Positions 1 to 9,282 of a stretch of 20,000 bases of DNA are shown piece by piece. The DNA is from an uncultured virus (IMG/VR IMGVR_UViG_3300035208_006940) (Duplodnaviria > Heunggongvirae > Uroviricota > Caudoviricetes), in the IMG/VR virus record IMGVR_UViG_3300035208_006940. The stretch is one strand, 5' to 3'. The notes below the pieces were generated by a model. It saw only the letters and a list, made by a program, of their open reading frames with translations, searched no databases and was not told where the DNA came from. Both the position numbers and the translations under genes were made by a program. Position 1 is the stretch's first letter. Every line of letters begins with the position of its first letter.

Positions 1-2
1 AC

Positions 3-413
3 ACGTTCAACCTGCTCGCACAGCTGCAGGCCTGCCAGCCGGACAAGATTCAGGCGATGGTCCACATCCGTCGCCCGAACAAGCGGACCGAGGCTGGGAT
101 GGCGGCCGCCCGACCGCAGGATGAGCCCTGGCTGACACTTCACGGACCGTTGCCCAACGACGCCACGCCGCCGCGGTGGGTGACCAGCAAAAGCGGAGAG
201 TTCGTGTGCGTGCCGCTGTTCCCCTATAAGCTCAAGTCGAGCACAGGTGAGACGCTGGTGCAGTTCGGGGCACAGGCGGGCGCATCGCTTGCGCAGTTAG
301 TACCCAAGGAGCGGAAGATCCGCAAGCTGTTCATTGCGGTAGGCAATGTTTTTCAACGGCAGGACCAGCCGGGCTACGAGGTGTGGCTTGGCGTGGCCGC
401 CGAAATCGAGTGA
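3..413 (+). CDS. hypothetical protein, 5'-truncated by the window edge
   Basis: Frame is open from position 3 (TFNLLAQLQACQPDKIQAMVHIRR...) to TGA at 411-413; GC3-rich codons; next gene follows closely. Confidence 0.75.
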   Translation, partial: TFNLLAQLQACQPDKIQAMVHIRRPNKRTEAGMAAARPQDEPWLTLHGPLPNDATPPRWVTSKSGEFVCVPLFPYKLKSSTGETLVQFGAQAGASLAQLVPKERKIRKLFIAVGNVFQRQDQPGYEVWLGVAAEIE

Positions 414-424
414 AAGGACACACC

Positions 425-1326
425 ATGTCGACGGCAGCGGCGATGACGGAAGCGATGGCGGGGATTCCTGGCGGGATTGCCTACGAACAAGCGGCGGCAG
501 GCCTGCGGCAGATGTTCGGCCGTTGGCATGTGGCGGAGGGCGGGTTCCAGCAGATCTCGGGGCTGATGGAGGGCAAACAGGAGGGCCCGATCATCTCTTG
601 GCCGTCAGGGCATCTTGACGAGGATGGCAAACTGCTCATGACCGAGCTGGACGTGGAAGCCCTCCTGAAGAGTTTGGCGACAGAGGACCAGCGAAACGGA
701 TTTCTCGGGCCCCTGAGTAACTTTGTAGCAGGGGAGACGGAAAAATGGCTGGCAGGTCTCTTGAAGTACGCGATGATCGCGGCAATGCACACGAACCCCG
801 AACTGCTGCCGCGGCTCCTGCAGGAGCTGAAGTTGACGCTGGGGTCATCCCGGGGGCAGGCCCCGAGCTGAGTGTTCTGTCCCACCATGACGGTTACCGC
901 GTCGAGGCGGACAGCATTCTCAAGGTGGGCGGGCGGGAGCTGCAGATCACGCTGGTGTTCCTTGCGGGAAATTCCGCACGTAAGGAATATCTTGTCTGGC
1001 AACACCTGGACTCGCGGCGAGCCCGCGGACAGTGGCGGCAACAACAGCTGCTCTGGGAGGCTCTTTGCCGCTATATGAACAGTGGCGGATCGCTGACAGC
1101 ATTGTCCGCAATGCTGGCGGCGAAGTCGCCCGAGTTTCCCGCAGTCAGTCCACCGCCGGGCTTCTTCTTGCTGAGCACGACGTTCACGGCGGACGAGATG
1201 TTCAAGCACGCGCAGCACATCTTCGCCAATCCCGACAACGGCGTGGCGCTGGTGGTCGCAGAAGACGACTTTGCCGAGATTGTTCTGCTGGAGGACGTGT
1301 TGGACGAAGACCAGAGAGAGGGTTGA
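425..1326 (+). CDS. hypothetical protein, apparently split by a frameshift at GGGG 841-844 (ORFs 425-871 and ~838-1326)
   Basis: AAAGGA RBS before ATG 425. The downstream ORF ending at 1326 has no good start of its own. Adding one G at 841-844 gives a continuous ...LKLTLGVIPGAGPELSVLSHH... reading. Confidence 0.6.
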
Positions 1327-1328
1327 CC

Positions 1329-2201
1329 ATGCCCAGGCCGATGAGCGTAACGACTGTGCTCCGGCTGAAGGAGCATATTCAAAACGACCCGGAGATTGTG
1401 GCTTACATCGGAGTGTCTTTGGAAGGCGACGATTTCACGGAGTTTGCCACAGCGATTCACGAGCGACTGCCCTCCTCCGTCCCCTTTCCACCGGTCTATG
1501 AGTCCCTGGCCTACCTGGCGGGCAGACCGATCACCGCTCTCGAACTGGATGCGGCGGTCTGGCGACTGGCGGGCAACCTGCAACAGTTGCGACGGCACCA
1601 CCCGGTTCATGCGTGGAATGGGCAGAGCGAAGAGGAGTGGGTCCCGTTCCAGGTCCTGGCGGTTCAGCTTCAGGCGACTCGCCGTGGCGACCTGGCCGGA
1701 GAGTTCTACTGCCAAGCTTTGGCTGGGTCTCCCTGCCCTATGATCCTGCGGAAGTTCTGGACGCGGAAGTTCTGCGCGTTCTTCGGCCGTCACCTGGGCT
1801 TCACGTCGTACCGCCGCGATCATCCTTTTCGGGACATCGGGGAGTATGTGAACCTCCGGTTCAGCGGGCTGATCGACCCCTCGCTGTGCGGACAGATGCC
1901 CGACTTCGAGAAACTGGACGTAACGGCGACGCAACTCACCTGGAACCGTCGCTACCTCGCGATGCGTTCACGCAAGGGTCACTTTCGGTGCCCACTGGAC
2001 TACCCGCTGGCACACCCCTGCTACCTGTGCCCACAGGGACTGGACAGCTGCCCGGCGGCTACACACGAGCTGACGTTTCGGGAGGATTATTGCAGCGGGT
2101 GCGACAGCCAGAGCTACTACGATCCGCTGTTTCCGCAGCGGACGGTTTGCGTGAACTGTCATCAACATGAACTGATCCGCCAGCGAAAGGCGGGGGAGTG
2201 A
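1329..2201 (+). CDS. hypothetical protein with Cys/His-rich (putative Zn-binding) C-terminus
   Basis: GAGAGGG RBS, ATG 1329, 290 aa; C-terminal CPLDY..HPCYLC..SCPAATH..CSGC..CVNC. Confidence 0.8.
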   Translation: MPRPMSVTTVLRLKEHIQNDPEIVAYIGVSLEGDDFTEFATAIHERLPSSVPFPPVYESLAYLAGRPITALELDAAVWRLAGNLQQLRRHHPVHAWNGQSEEEWVPFQVLAVQLQATRRGDLAGEFYCQALAGSPCPMILRKFWTRKFCAFFGRHLGFTSYRRDHPFRDIGEYVNLRFSGLIDPSLCGQMPDFEKLDVTATQLTWNRRYLAMRSRKGHFRCPLDYPLAHPCYLCPQGLDSCPAATHELTFREDYCSGCDSQSYYDPLFPQRTVCVNCHQHELIRQRKAGE

Positions 2202-2204
2202 ACA

Positions 2205-2988
2205 ATGAGCCAAGGCACAGCGTTGTTGCAGTTTCGACTGAGTACCAATCGCGAGGCCGGTTCCGAGACGCAAGCCACCTGGAACGAGGCGGTGACGTTG
2301 ATCGGGCAGGCCCTCAAGAAGGCCCAGGTGACCGGCCATTACCTGATTAGACCCACACGGCAGATCGCATGGGGCAAGGGAAGGTCGTTGGGAGAGATCC
2401 GTGTTGTGCGACAGGATCGCAACTCGATCCTGCTGTACGTCAAGTCAGGTAGGTCGGGAAAATGAACACAGCTGGGAGTACGCGCTGATGTGCCCCAGTG
2501 ACAGCATAGACGGCGTGATGGAGTCGTTGACCGGGCTGCTGGGAAAGCTTGTCCCCGAGGCCACGCCGGTGCCTGAGACGCCGGTGTCGGTCAGCGACGT
2601 AATCGCGCCGAGCGGTGCAGAGGTGGCCGCCCTCAAGACCAACGGGAAGGCGGCCAAGCCCGCCGTGCCTCCGGTGCCCGCCGAAGAGGACCCAGCCACG
2701 GACATGTCTTTGGGTGACATCGTCACTCGCTTCCGTTCGCTGGAAGAGGCTGCCAAGCGTATTCGCGGGAGACGCTTGGCTATCAAGGCCGTACAGGAGG
2801 AGAGGAAGGCGCTGCAGAAGCAAATCGCGCAGTTGCAGCTCAAGCTGGACCAGGTCGACGAAAAGGAGCTGCAGCTGATCTCACAGGACGACGCCGACAC
2901 CGAGGCCAAGACGGCGATGGAGGCCATGAAAGCCCTACGCGGGTTTTTCACGGGGATGTCCGCCGAATTGGATCCGCAGTCGCCCTAG
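2205..2988 (+). CDS. hypothetical coiled-coil protein, apparently split by a frameshift at AAAA 2459-2462 (ORFs 2205-2465 and ~2461-2988)
   Basis: GGGGAG RBS, ATG 2205. Removing one A from GGGAAAATGA gives ...YVKSGRSGNEHSWEYALMCP.... C-terminal heptad-rich segment EERKALQKQIAQLQLKLDQVDEKELQL. Confidence 0.6.
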
Positions 2989-3038
2989 CATGGACATGGC
3001 CCAGTAGTCATCATTTTCAACCCACAAGGAGAGGAATC

Positions 3039-3608
3039 ATGGCGAGTGTTTGTAGTCGTTGTGGTCGTCGTGGTCCTCTGGCCAAGGATTCGGCAACGTC
3101 GACAGGGTCATCGTCGTGGTGCCGTCGTTGCAAACGAGAAGCGGTTTCGAGCTGGGCCAAATCACCGCGTGGGCGGGCAGTTCGTGCGTGGCTGTCGCTG
3201 GCCATGCGGGCTGGCAATAGGAACGGGAAAGCGCCAGCCTATGCCACAGTCGAGGTGCGAATGACTCGCGAAGAGTTTCTTGCGTGGGCTATTCCGGCTC
3301 ACACGAGGTGGATGTGTCGACATCCGGGTGAATGCCCCTCTGTCGATCGTAAGAATCCTGAAGGGCATTATGAGATTGGAAATCTTCAAATCTTGTCGCA
3401 ACCTGCCAACAGTGCCAAACACCGAGAGGATAAGAATCGTCGGGCACCTCGCGGCAAGGCGTGGTGTAGTGGGTTCTGTAAGCAGTATTTGCCTGTAGCC
3501 TGTTTCAACAAAAATCGGTCAACCGCGAACGGGCTTCAGCCCGTCTGCAGAACATGTTCCAAGGAGTTTGGTACAAGATGGAGAAGAAAAGCAAAGCTTC
3601 GCAAGTAA
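3039..3608 (+). CDS. HNH-type (homing) endonuclease with flanking Zn-ribbon motifs
   Basis: AGGAGAGG RBS; PSVDRKNPEGHYEIGNLQILSQPANSAK matches the SIDRIDN..GY...N-type HNH core; CxxC motifs at both ends; visibly more A/T-ending codons than neighbours. Confidence 0.75.
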   Translation: MASVCSRCGRRGPLAKDSATSTGSSSWCRRCKREAVSSWAKSPRGRAVRAWLSLAMRAGNRNGKAPAYATVEVRMTREEFLAWAIPAHTRWMCRHPGECPSVDRKNPEGHYEIGNLQILSQPANSAKHREDKNRRAPRGKAWCSGFCKQYLPVACFNKNRSTANGLQPVCRTCSKEFGTRWRRKAKLRK

Positions 3609-4729
3609 GGACGTTCCCACCGCTATACAAAACCACGGCGACGGGAAAGATTCAACGATGGCAGATCACCGTACGGCCAAACCAGGACGGAAGTGCGGAC
3701 ATTACTGTGTCGCAGGGCCAGGTAGATGGTGCCCAGCAACTGTACCGAGAAACCATCACCGAGGGAAAAAACACAGGAAGGGCCAACGCCACCACACCTC
3801 TGGAGCAAGCGGTTCTGGAGGCAACGGCGGAGTGGGAGAAAAAGCAATCACGGAAGCATTACGGTCTGGATGCTCAGGGCACCGAGTCGGCGGAGAAGCG
3901 GGCGCTGGCCCCGATGCTGGCCCTGCCGTATCCCAAGCAGTTCAAGAAGGTGGACTGGTCCCATGCCTTCGCCCAGCCCAAGTACGACGGCTTTCGCTGC
4001 ATCGCTCGCTGCGATGGCACGGGCAAGAACAAGAAGGTCTCGCTTGCCTCGCGCGAGGGCAAGCCGTTCATTCCCATCGGGCACATCGAAGAGGGGTTGT
4101 TGTCGCTGATGCGTGACGGGGATGTGGTGGATGGCGAGCTGTACATCCACGGCAAGCCGCTCAACACGATCAGCTCCTACGCCAAGCGAGTCCAGGAAGG
4201 CACGGAGCTGTTGCAGTACCATCTGTACGACTCGCCGTCCGATGACGAGTTCGAGAAGCGGTACGCGGCCCTGACGCGGATGTTTCGAGGCAAGTCCGAG
4301 TTCGGGCCGTTGCACCTGGTCGACACGGCCAAGGTCGGCAACGAAGAGGAGTTGATGCGATTCCAGGGCGAGTGCATCGAACTGGGATACGAGGGAGCCA
4401 TGCTGCGGCACGGCGAAGCGGAGTACGAGGCGGGCAAGCGTTCTTCCAGCCTGCTCAAGGTGAAGACGTTCGTGGATGCGGAGTTTGCCATCGTCGGGGT
4501 CAAGGAAGGCCGGGGCACACACAAGGGGATGGCGATCTTCACCTGCATCACCGGAGACGGGTTCGAGTTCGAGGTGACTGCTCCTGGCACGCACGACGAG
4601 AAGAAGGCCGCGTGGGACGACCGCGGGACGTACCTGGGCAAGATGCTCACTGTGAAGTTCCAGTACATGACCAAGACCGAGTCGCCGGTGCCGTTCTTGC
4701 CGGTGGCCAAGGGGATCAAGGGGGACTGA
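3578..4729 (+). CDS. lig: ATP-dependent DNA ligase (phage type) with N-terminal WGR-like extension
   Basis: Motif I QPKYDGFRC (KxDG), motif III VVDGELY, IIIa YHLYD, IV YEGAMLR, V LLKVK, C-terminal OB-fold (GKMLTVKFQ); AAGGAG RBS at 3561-3566. Confidence 0.95.
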   Translation: MEKKSKASQVRTFPPLYKTTATGKIQRWQITVRPNQDGSADITVSQGQVDGAQQLYRETITEGKNTGRANATTPLEQAVLEATAEWEKKQSRKHYGLDAQGTESAEKRALAPMLALPYPKQFKKVDWSHAFAQPKYDGFRCIARCDGTGKNKKVSLASREGKPFIPIGHIEEGLLSLMRDGDVVDGELYIHGKPLNTISSYAKRVQEGTELLQYHLYDSPSDDEFEKRYAALTRMFRGKSEFGPLHLVDTAKVGNEEELMRFQGECIELGYEGAMLRHGEAEYEAGKRSSSLLKVKTFVDAEFAIVGVKEGRGTHKGMAIFTCITGDGFEFEVTAPGTHDEKKAAWDDRGTYLGKMLTVKFQYMTKTESPVPFLPVAKGIKGD

Positions 4730-5728
4730 ATGGGGACGCGCAAGCACACCGAGGAGTCGACCTTGTCCGTTAAGCTACGGGTCTACGTGGCAGGCAAGAT
4801 CACCAAGGGTGATTGGAGAGACCGGTTGATAGGACATCGTCCGAAGTTTGACCTATGTGGCGCGGGGTTGAGCGCTTCAAACAGCTGCATGACGAGCGAG
4901 GAGGATTATGCAGAATGGCCCGAGGTACCGCTCACCCCAGATGTTCTCGGAGTCGCGGGCGTTATCTATACAGGTCCCTATTTCCTCTCCGACGACCACG
5001 GCTGTTTCCATGGTCCTAGCTCACACGGTTGTTTGCCGCTGGACCACTGCGAGGATGATCGTGTGAGAATTCGTTGCGAGGATGGCCGAAAAAAGGCGCT
5101 TCGTCACTACCGCGATCTTGTGGTGGTGAGGTGCTTGGAAGCCATCTCCGCAGCGGATCTGTTGTATGCGTGGGTAGAGAATCCCACGTGTTTCGGCACA
5201 ATGGCCGAGATTGGCTTTGCGCGTGGTGCAGGCAAAGCTGTTTTCATCGCGTCGCCGGGGGCAGGATGGAACTACTGGGAAGATTTGTGGTTTGTCAGTC
5301 ACCTGGCGTGCGAAGGTGGCTGGTACGACGACCCGGTGGATGGCCTGCGCGCTGCTGTACTGTGGTGGCAGCGATCTGGATGGATTTCCCAACAGGCCGC
5401 GTTGCCTCTTGACCCGGTGGAGTCTTCTGTACTGGCTGTGCGTAAAACCACTGCTCGCGCTGGTCCTTACAGCGTCGAAGAGCTGAAGGAGGTCTACAAG
5501 AAGGACCGGGCCAAGTATTTTGCAACCGAGCACTGGCAGGCCGTACGCAACGCAAGGATACGAATTGCCAAAAATCGCTGCGAGAAATGCCGGAAGTACC
5601 TTGCTCGGGGCTTCTGGATACACCACCTCAACTACGAGCGGATTGGGTGCGAGGTGGATGACGATGTTCGAGCCTGGTGCAAGGAGTGCCACGAGAAAGA
5701 GCACGGTGTTCCTCCAGGGGAGCGTTAA
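4730..5728 (+). CDS. nucleoside 2-deoxyribosyltransferase-like domain fused to a C-terminal HNH domain
   Basis: N-terminal RVYVAG ... ADLLYAW...FGTMAEIGFARGAGKAVFI (NDT/TIR-like fold signature); C-terminal RCEKC...HHLNYERIGCE..DDVRAWCKECHEKEH (HNH). Confidence 0.7.
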   Translation: MGTRKHTEESTLSVKLRVYVAGKITKGDWRDRLIGHRPKFDLCGAGLSASNSCMTSEEDYAEWPEVPLTPDVLGVAGVIYTGPYFLSDDHGCFHGPSSHGCLPLDHCEDDRVRIRCEDGRKKALRHYRDLVVVRCLEAISAADLLYAWVENPTCFGTMAEIGFARGAGKAVFIASPGAGWNYWEDLWFVSHLACEGGWYDDPVDGLRAAVLWWQRSGWISQQAALPLDPVESSVLAVRKTTARAGPYSVEELKEVYKKDRAKYFATEHWQAVRNARIRIAKNRCEKCRKYLARGFWIHHLNYERIGCEVDDDVRAWCKECHEKEHGVPPGER

Positions 5729-5731
5729 AGC

Positions 5732-6205
5732 ATGCCGCGATACCGAGTGCTGACAACAAACGCGATGGTCACGGCGCTTTTCGCGGTCCGAGATTATTGT
5801 GACGACCTAACAGATCAGCCGTGGATCACTGTTGAGAAACTGCTGACAAGAGCGTTACAGCTGGTCGACAAAGATCAGCGACGGGCCGAGAACTCAACCA
5901 AGTTCGATGGAGCTTACTATGATCCGGCGATTGACGATGATCGGCTCGATCGACAGATCGGGCGTGTGTTCGCTGTCATGGCGGATGGTCGCTGGCATCG
6001 ACTTTCTGGGATTGCTGCTGCGACCGGCGATTCAGAGCCTTCCGTGAGCGCCCAGCTGCGACATTTGCGAAAGGCAAAGCACGGCAGCTGGATCATCGAT
6101 GTGAAGAGGGTCAACGGTCCGGGTGGTTTATTTGCTTATCGTATGCGGAACCCGGACGGTACACGACTTCCGCCTGTACAGCCGCTACGTAGCGAAAGAA
6201 GCTGA
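5732..6205 (+). CDS. winged helix-turn-helix DNA-binding protein
   Basis: C-terminal half RVFAVMADGRWHRLSGIAAATGDSEPSVSAQLRHLRK..HGSWIIDVKR resembles a phage wHTH. Confidence 0.65.
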   Translation: MPRYRVLTTNAMVTALFAVRDYCDDLTDQPWITVEKLLTRALQLVDKDQRRAENSTKFDGAYYDPAIDDDRLDRQIGRVFAVMADGRWHRLSGIAAATGDSEPSVSAQLRHLRKAKHGSWIIDVKRVNGPGGLFAYRMRNPDGTRLPPVQPLRSERS

Positions 6206-6280
6206 GTCGCTTCTGCGACAACGAGTGAACTGGAAAACAGAAGTTCGGCTGATCTCACTCAAAACAAAGGAAAATTTTCC

Positions 6281-7003
6281 ATGGCCAAGAAAGCCAAAGC
6301 TGTTCGTACCCGTCGCGTCTCCGAGTCCACCGCGATTGCCGTCCCCCCCAGACCGCAGTTGGTGCTGGACGCCCAGCAGGTCAAGCTCGACATCCACGTT
6401 GACATGGACCGCATCGAGTCGCTGGCCCGCAACGAGATCTCCGCGCCGCTGGAGGCCGAGCGGAGCAAAGTCATCCGCCAGCTGGACGAGGCCCGCGCCG
6501 TGCACAAGGACCTGGAGGCCCAGCTCAAGCTGTGCGCTGTGGCACTGGGACAGACCGTGAATCAGGCCCAGGCGCAGCTGGCCGCCGACACGATGGCCGC
6601 GTTCAGCGGCAAGGTGTTCAAGGTCAAGTCCGACGAGGGCGTGTGCGACGTGGACAAGCAGACCGTGACCGTCACGGTCCGCGTGGGCTACAAGTCGCAG
6701 TACTACGACAACAAGTTCGAGGGCGTGCTCTCCCATGAGGAGACGCTGCCGTTCACCACCAAGATGCGCGACCTGCTGGACCAGCTCGTGGCTCAGAGTG
6801 CCACGATCCGGGGCATCCAGACCCGCCTGGACACCATCGGCCAGGCACTGTCCGAGGTGCCGCGCTTCGTCGCCAAGGCCGGTGACGCGTTGACCCGCAA
6901 CTACCTCGAAGGCGGCTTGCAGACCGGCGACGATGTGCTCTCGGCCATCGAGATGGTCAAGGCCTCGGTCACCGACCGTCTTCAACTGACTTGCGAGAAG
7001 TAG
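6281..7003 (+). CDS. hypothetical coiled-coil protein, probably highly expressed
   Basis: AAAGGA RBS in an A-rich leader; very strong C/G third-position bias; 240 aa. Confidence 0.85.
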   Translation: MAKKAKAVRTRRVSESTAIAVPPRPQLVLDAQQVKLDIHVDMDRIESLARNEISAPLEAERSKVIRQLDEARAVHKDLEAQLKLCAVALGQTVNQAQAQLAADTMAAFSGKVFKVKSDEGVCDVDKQTVTVTVRVGYKSQYYDNKFEGVLSHEETLPFTTKMRDLLDQLVAQSATIRGIQTRLDTIGQALSEVPRFVAKAGDALTRNYLEGGLQTGDDVLSAIEMVKASVTDRLQLTCEK

Positions 7004-7008
7004 GCAAC

Positions 7009-8172
7009 ATGGAACTCAAGGGATCGAAACTAGCGGTCCCGCCCGAGCGCACCCCCGATTCTCAACAGGTCGGGGGTGCGCTCTTTCGTGGCGCAAGTGA
7101 AGACCGCTTCAACATTCCGGCACGTTACGAGATCGTGCCGATTTCGCAGATGGAGGCCTTGCTGCGGAGCAACGGCGTGCTCGGTACGGACAACGACCTG
7201 ATCCAGCGACAGCTGGAACAGCGTCACCCGTCCCCCACGCCGTTGGCCAGCTACCTCTACTACTACGATGGCGAGGTTCCCATCGACGCGCAAACGCTGG
7301 AACGCCAGCGAGCCCGCAACCCGCATCGCCGCTATCATCGTCGGTACGGCAGTGGCGAGGAGTCCACGGTAGAGTTCGAGGGCTGGTTGTTGTTCGAGCA
7401 GCTGTACACCGAGAACGTCAGCCCCGACACGATCATGCAGCTGACACAGGAGTACGGGGCGTTGCTGATCCCGCAGGATCACGTGGCCCGCCTGGGCGAC
7501 ACGGAGCGACTGCGGTCACTGGGCTTCGTGGTGGTGAACCGCCGCTGGGACTTGGCCCAGATCAACTTCAATCCCCAGCGAACCAAGCTGGATGGCTATC
7601 GCAAGGCCGTCAAGGAGTACACGCGGCGACAGCAGAAAATCGATGATCACGTGATCGCCGCCTTCTACTACTGTCTGTCGCCTCAGCGGCACCGCAGGTC
7701 GCGTGTGTTCGACAATGTCCAAGTGCACGAGAACGAGCGAGCGGGTCCGGCCGATGTCAAGGAACTGGCAGAGCTGACGCGTAAGCTATGGCCCAAGGAC
7801 TACGGTTGGTGGCGAGAGGACCTCGCCTCTTACTACTATTGTCCGACCCGCTCAAGCCGAGCGAGCCTCACGTTCGTGGAGGCGATCAAGCAGTGCTTGC
7901 CGCTGCTGCACGCGGAAGAGGCCAAGCTTGTCAAGGAGTGGACGAAGGAGGATGGTGAAGTCATGAAGGGTGGGCTCAAGGATGACGCGCGTCGGTGGCT
8001 GTGCAAGTTCATCCGGGCCGAAGCGAAGGCACTCGGTTTCAAGATCCCGCCCAAGCCACGGCCGCCCAAGAAAACCAAGAAACGGAGGAAGCATGCTCAG
8101 AACAGTCGGCGAACTGCGGGAAGTAATGCGAAGCTGCCTGGACACGAAGCAGCTGGTGCTGGTGGTCGATGA
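7009..8172 (+). CDS. hypothetical protein with basic C-terminal tail
   Basis: Long ORF (~387 aa), ATG 6 nt after the upstream stop; codon usage consistent with neighbours. Confidence 0.8.
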   Translation: MELKGSKLAVPPERTPDSQQVGGALFRGASEDRFNIPARYEIVPISQMEALLRSNGVLGTDNDLIQRQLEQRHPSPTPLASYLYYYDGEVPIDAQTLERQRARNPHRRYHRRYGSGEESTVEFEGWLLFEQLYTENVSPDTIMQLTQEYGALLIPQDHVARLGDTERLRSLGFVVVNRRWDLAQINFNPQRTKLDGYRKAVKEYTRRQQKIDDHVIAAFYYCLSPQRHRRSRVFDNVQVHENERAGPADVKELAELTRKLWPKDYGWWREDLASYYYCPTRSSRASLTFVEAIKQCLPLLHAEEAKLVKEWTKEDGEVMKGGLKDDARRWLCKFIRAEAKALGFKIPPKPRPPKKTKKRRKHAQNSRRTAGSNAKLPGHEAAGAGGR

Positions 8173-8692
8173 TCCTCGCGGGGTCTTCATGGCGGAGACG
8201 TTCATCGAGTGCAAGCAGGACGACGCCGCATTGCTGCGGCTTGCGCAGGTCGACGGCCGTGAGCCGGACGGGCTCAAGAAGAAGCCCGTGCCCGCGCGAC
8301 GGATCGGCACGTGCTGCATGATCTTCTGCTGCAACTGCGTGCTGCTGGGTTGGCATAAGCAGCGGCAGGGCTGGGAGTTTCCCGGTGGCGCGTTGGAGGG
8401 CGACGAGGAGGTGACCACGACGATTCGTCGTGAAGTGCAGGAGGAGACCAGTATCGAGCTTCCTCCCGCCCTCTCTTTCGAGGGTTACGACGACAGTCAG
8501 CCGGGCTGGCTGAACATGATGTTTTCGTCACGGCTGGGGTCGTTCATCGATGTCGGGGTGTTCGAGCACAACGCGCACCGTGAGTGGCAGTGGTTCCCCT
8601 GTGCCCGCTTGCCTCGTCCGCTGAACATCATTGCCGAGTCGGTCGTCAAGACCGGCGTGTTCTCACGGGCATCGCTCAAACAAAGGGAGTGA
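8093..8692 (+). CDS. Nudix hydrolase
   Basis: GGAGG RBS before ATG 8093; Nudix box WEFPGGALEGDEEVTTTIRREVQEETSI. Confidence 0.9.
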   Translation: MLRTVGELREVMRSCLDTKQLVLVVDDPRGVFMAETFIECKQDDAALLRLAQVDGREPDGLKKKPVPARRIGTCCMIFCCNCVLLGWHKQRQGWEFPGGALEGDEEVTTTIRREVQEETSIELPPALSFEGYDDSQPGWLNMMFSSRLGSFIDVGVFEHNAHREWQWFPCARLPRPLNIIAESVVKTGVFSRASLKQRE

Positions 8693-8695
8693 GTG

Positions 8696-8842
8696 ATGCT
8701 TTCCGCGGCACTTCCCATTCCCATTCCACGAGCGACCTACCCGGAGTGGTTCCTGACCGTAGCCAGTCTGGCCACCGTCGCGGCGTGGGTGGTGATCGCG
8801 ATGGTATTCATAGCCGTGTTTGTAGGAAAGGACGGTGAGTAG
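8696..8842 (+). CDS. small single-pass membrane protein (48 aa, not in the ORF track)
   Basis: AGGGAG RBS; MLSAALPIPIPRATYPEWFLTVASLATVAAWVVIAMVFIAVFVGKDGE*; exactly fills the gap between neighbours. Confidence 0.7.
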   Translation: MLSAALPIPIPRATYPEWFLTVASLATVAAWVVIAMVFIAVFVGKDGE

Positions 8843-9067
8843 ATGAGCGACAAAACGAAGGCGGTAGCGGTTCTGCTGGTACTGGTCGCCGGGGTGTTCT
8901 TTGTCATCGGATACGTTGCAAATAACGTGGAAAGCGAGGTGCAACTGAAGGCCGACGCAGTAAGCCACGGATACGCAGATTACGTTCTGGACAGTTACGA
9001 TGGTCGCATCAAGTTTCGGTGGAAGGCTGAGCGAGGCGTCGGCCGGGTCGACCCTGACCTCAAGTAG
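8843..9067 (+). CDS. small membrane-anchored protein
   Basis: N-terminal hydrophobic helix AVAVLLVLVAGVFFVIGYVA; AAGGA RBS. Confidence 0.75.
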   Translation: MSDKTKAVAVLLVLVAGVFFVIGYVANNVESEVQLKADAVSHGYADYVLDSYDGRIKFRWKAERGVGRVDPDLK

Positions 9068-9084
9068 GGAAAGGACGGAGAGTG

Positions 9085-9282
9085 ATGGACTTCATGACTG
9101 TAGTGTGGATCGGTTTTGGGGCATTTGCGTGCATTGGTGCGTTCTGTAGCGGGCACGAGCTTGGGGAAATCCACGCCCGCGAGCGAGTTCAGCGTGAGGC
9201 AGCCGCTGCTGTCGCAGGTCGGTGGGTACAAGGCAAAGACGGGCCGGAGTTCGAGTGGACGGGAAGAAAGGACGGCGAGTGA
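9085..9282 (+). CDS. small membrane-anchored protein, possible paralogue of 8843-9067
   Basis: N-terminal hydrophobic helix; GGAG RBS; shared TM..E..A..G..DG..F.W pattern. Confidence 0.7.
   Translation: MDFMTVVWIGFGAFACIGAFCSGHELGEIHARERVQREAAAAVAGRWVQGKDGPEFEWTGRKDGE

Noticed and set aside
2456..2462. -1 slippery heptamer G-GGA-AAA
   Set aside because: The -1 frame hits TGA after about 10 codons; the long downstream ORF is in the +1 frame.
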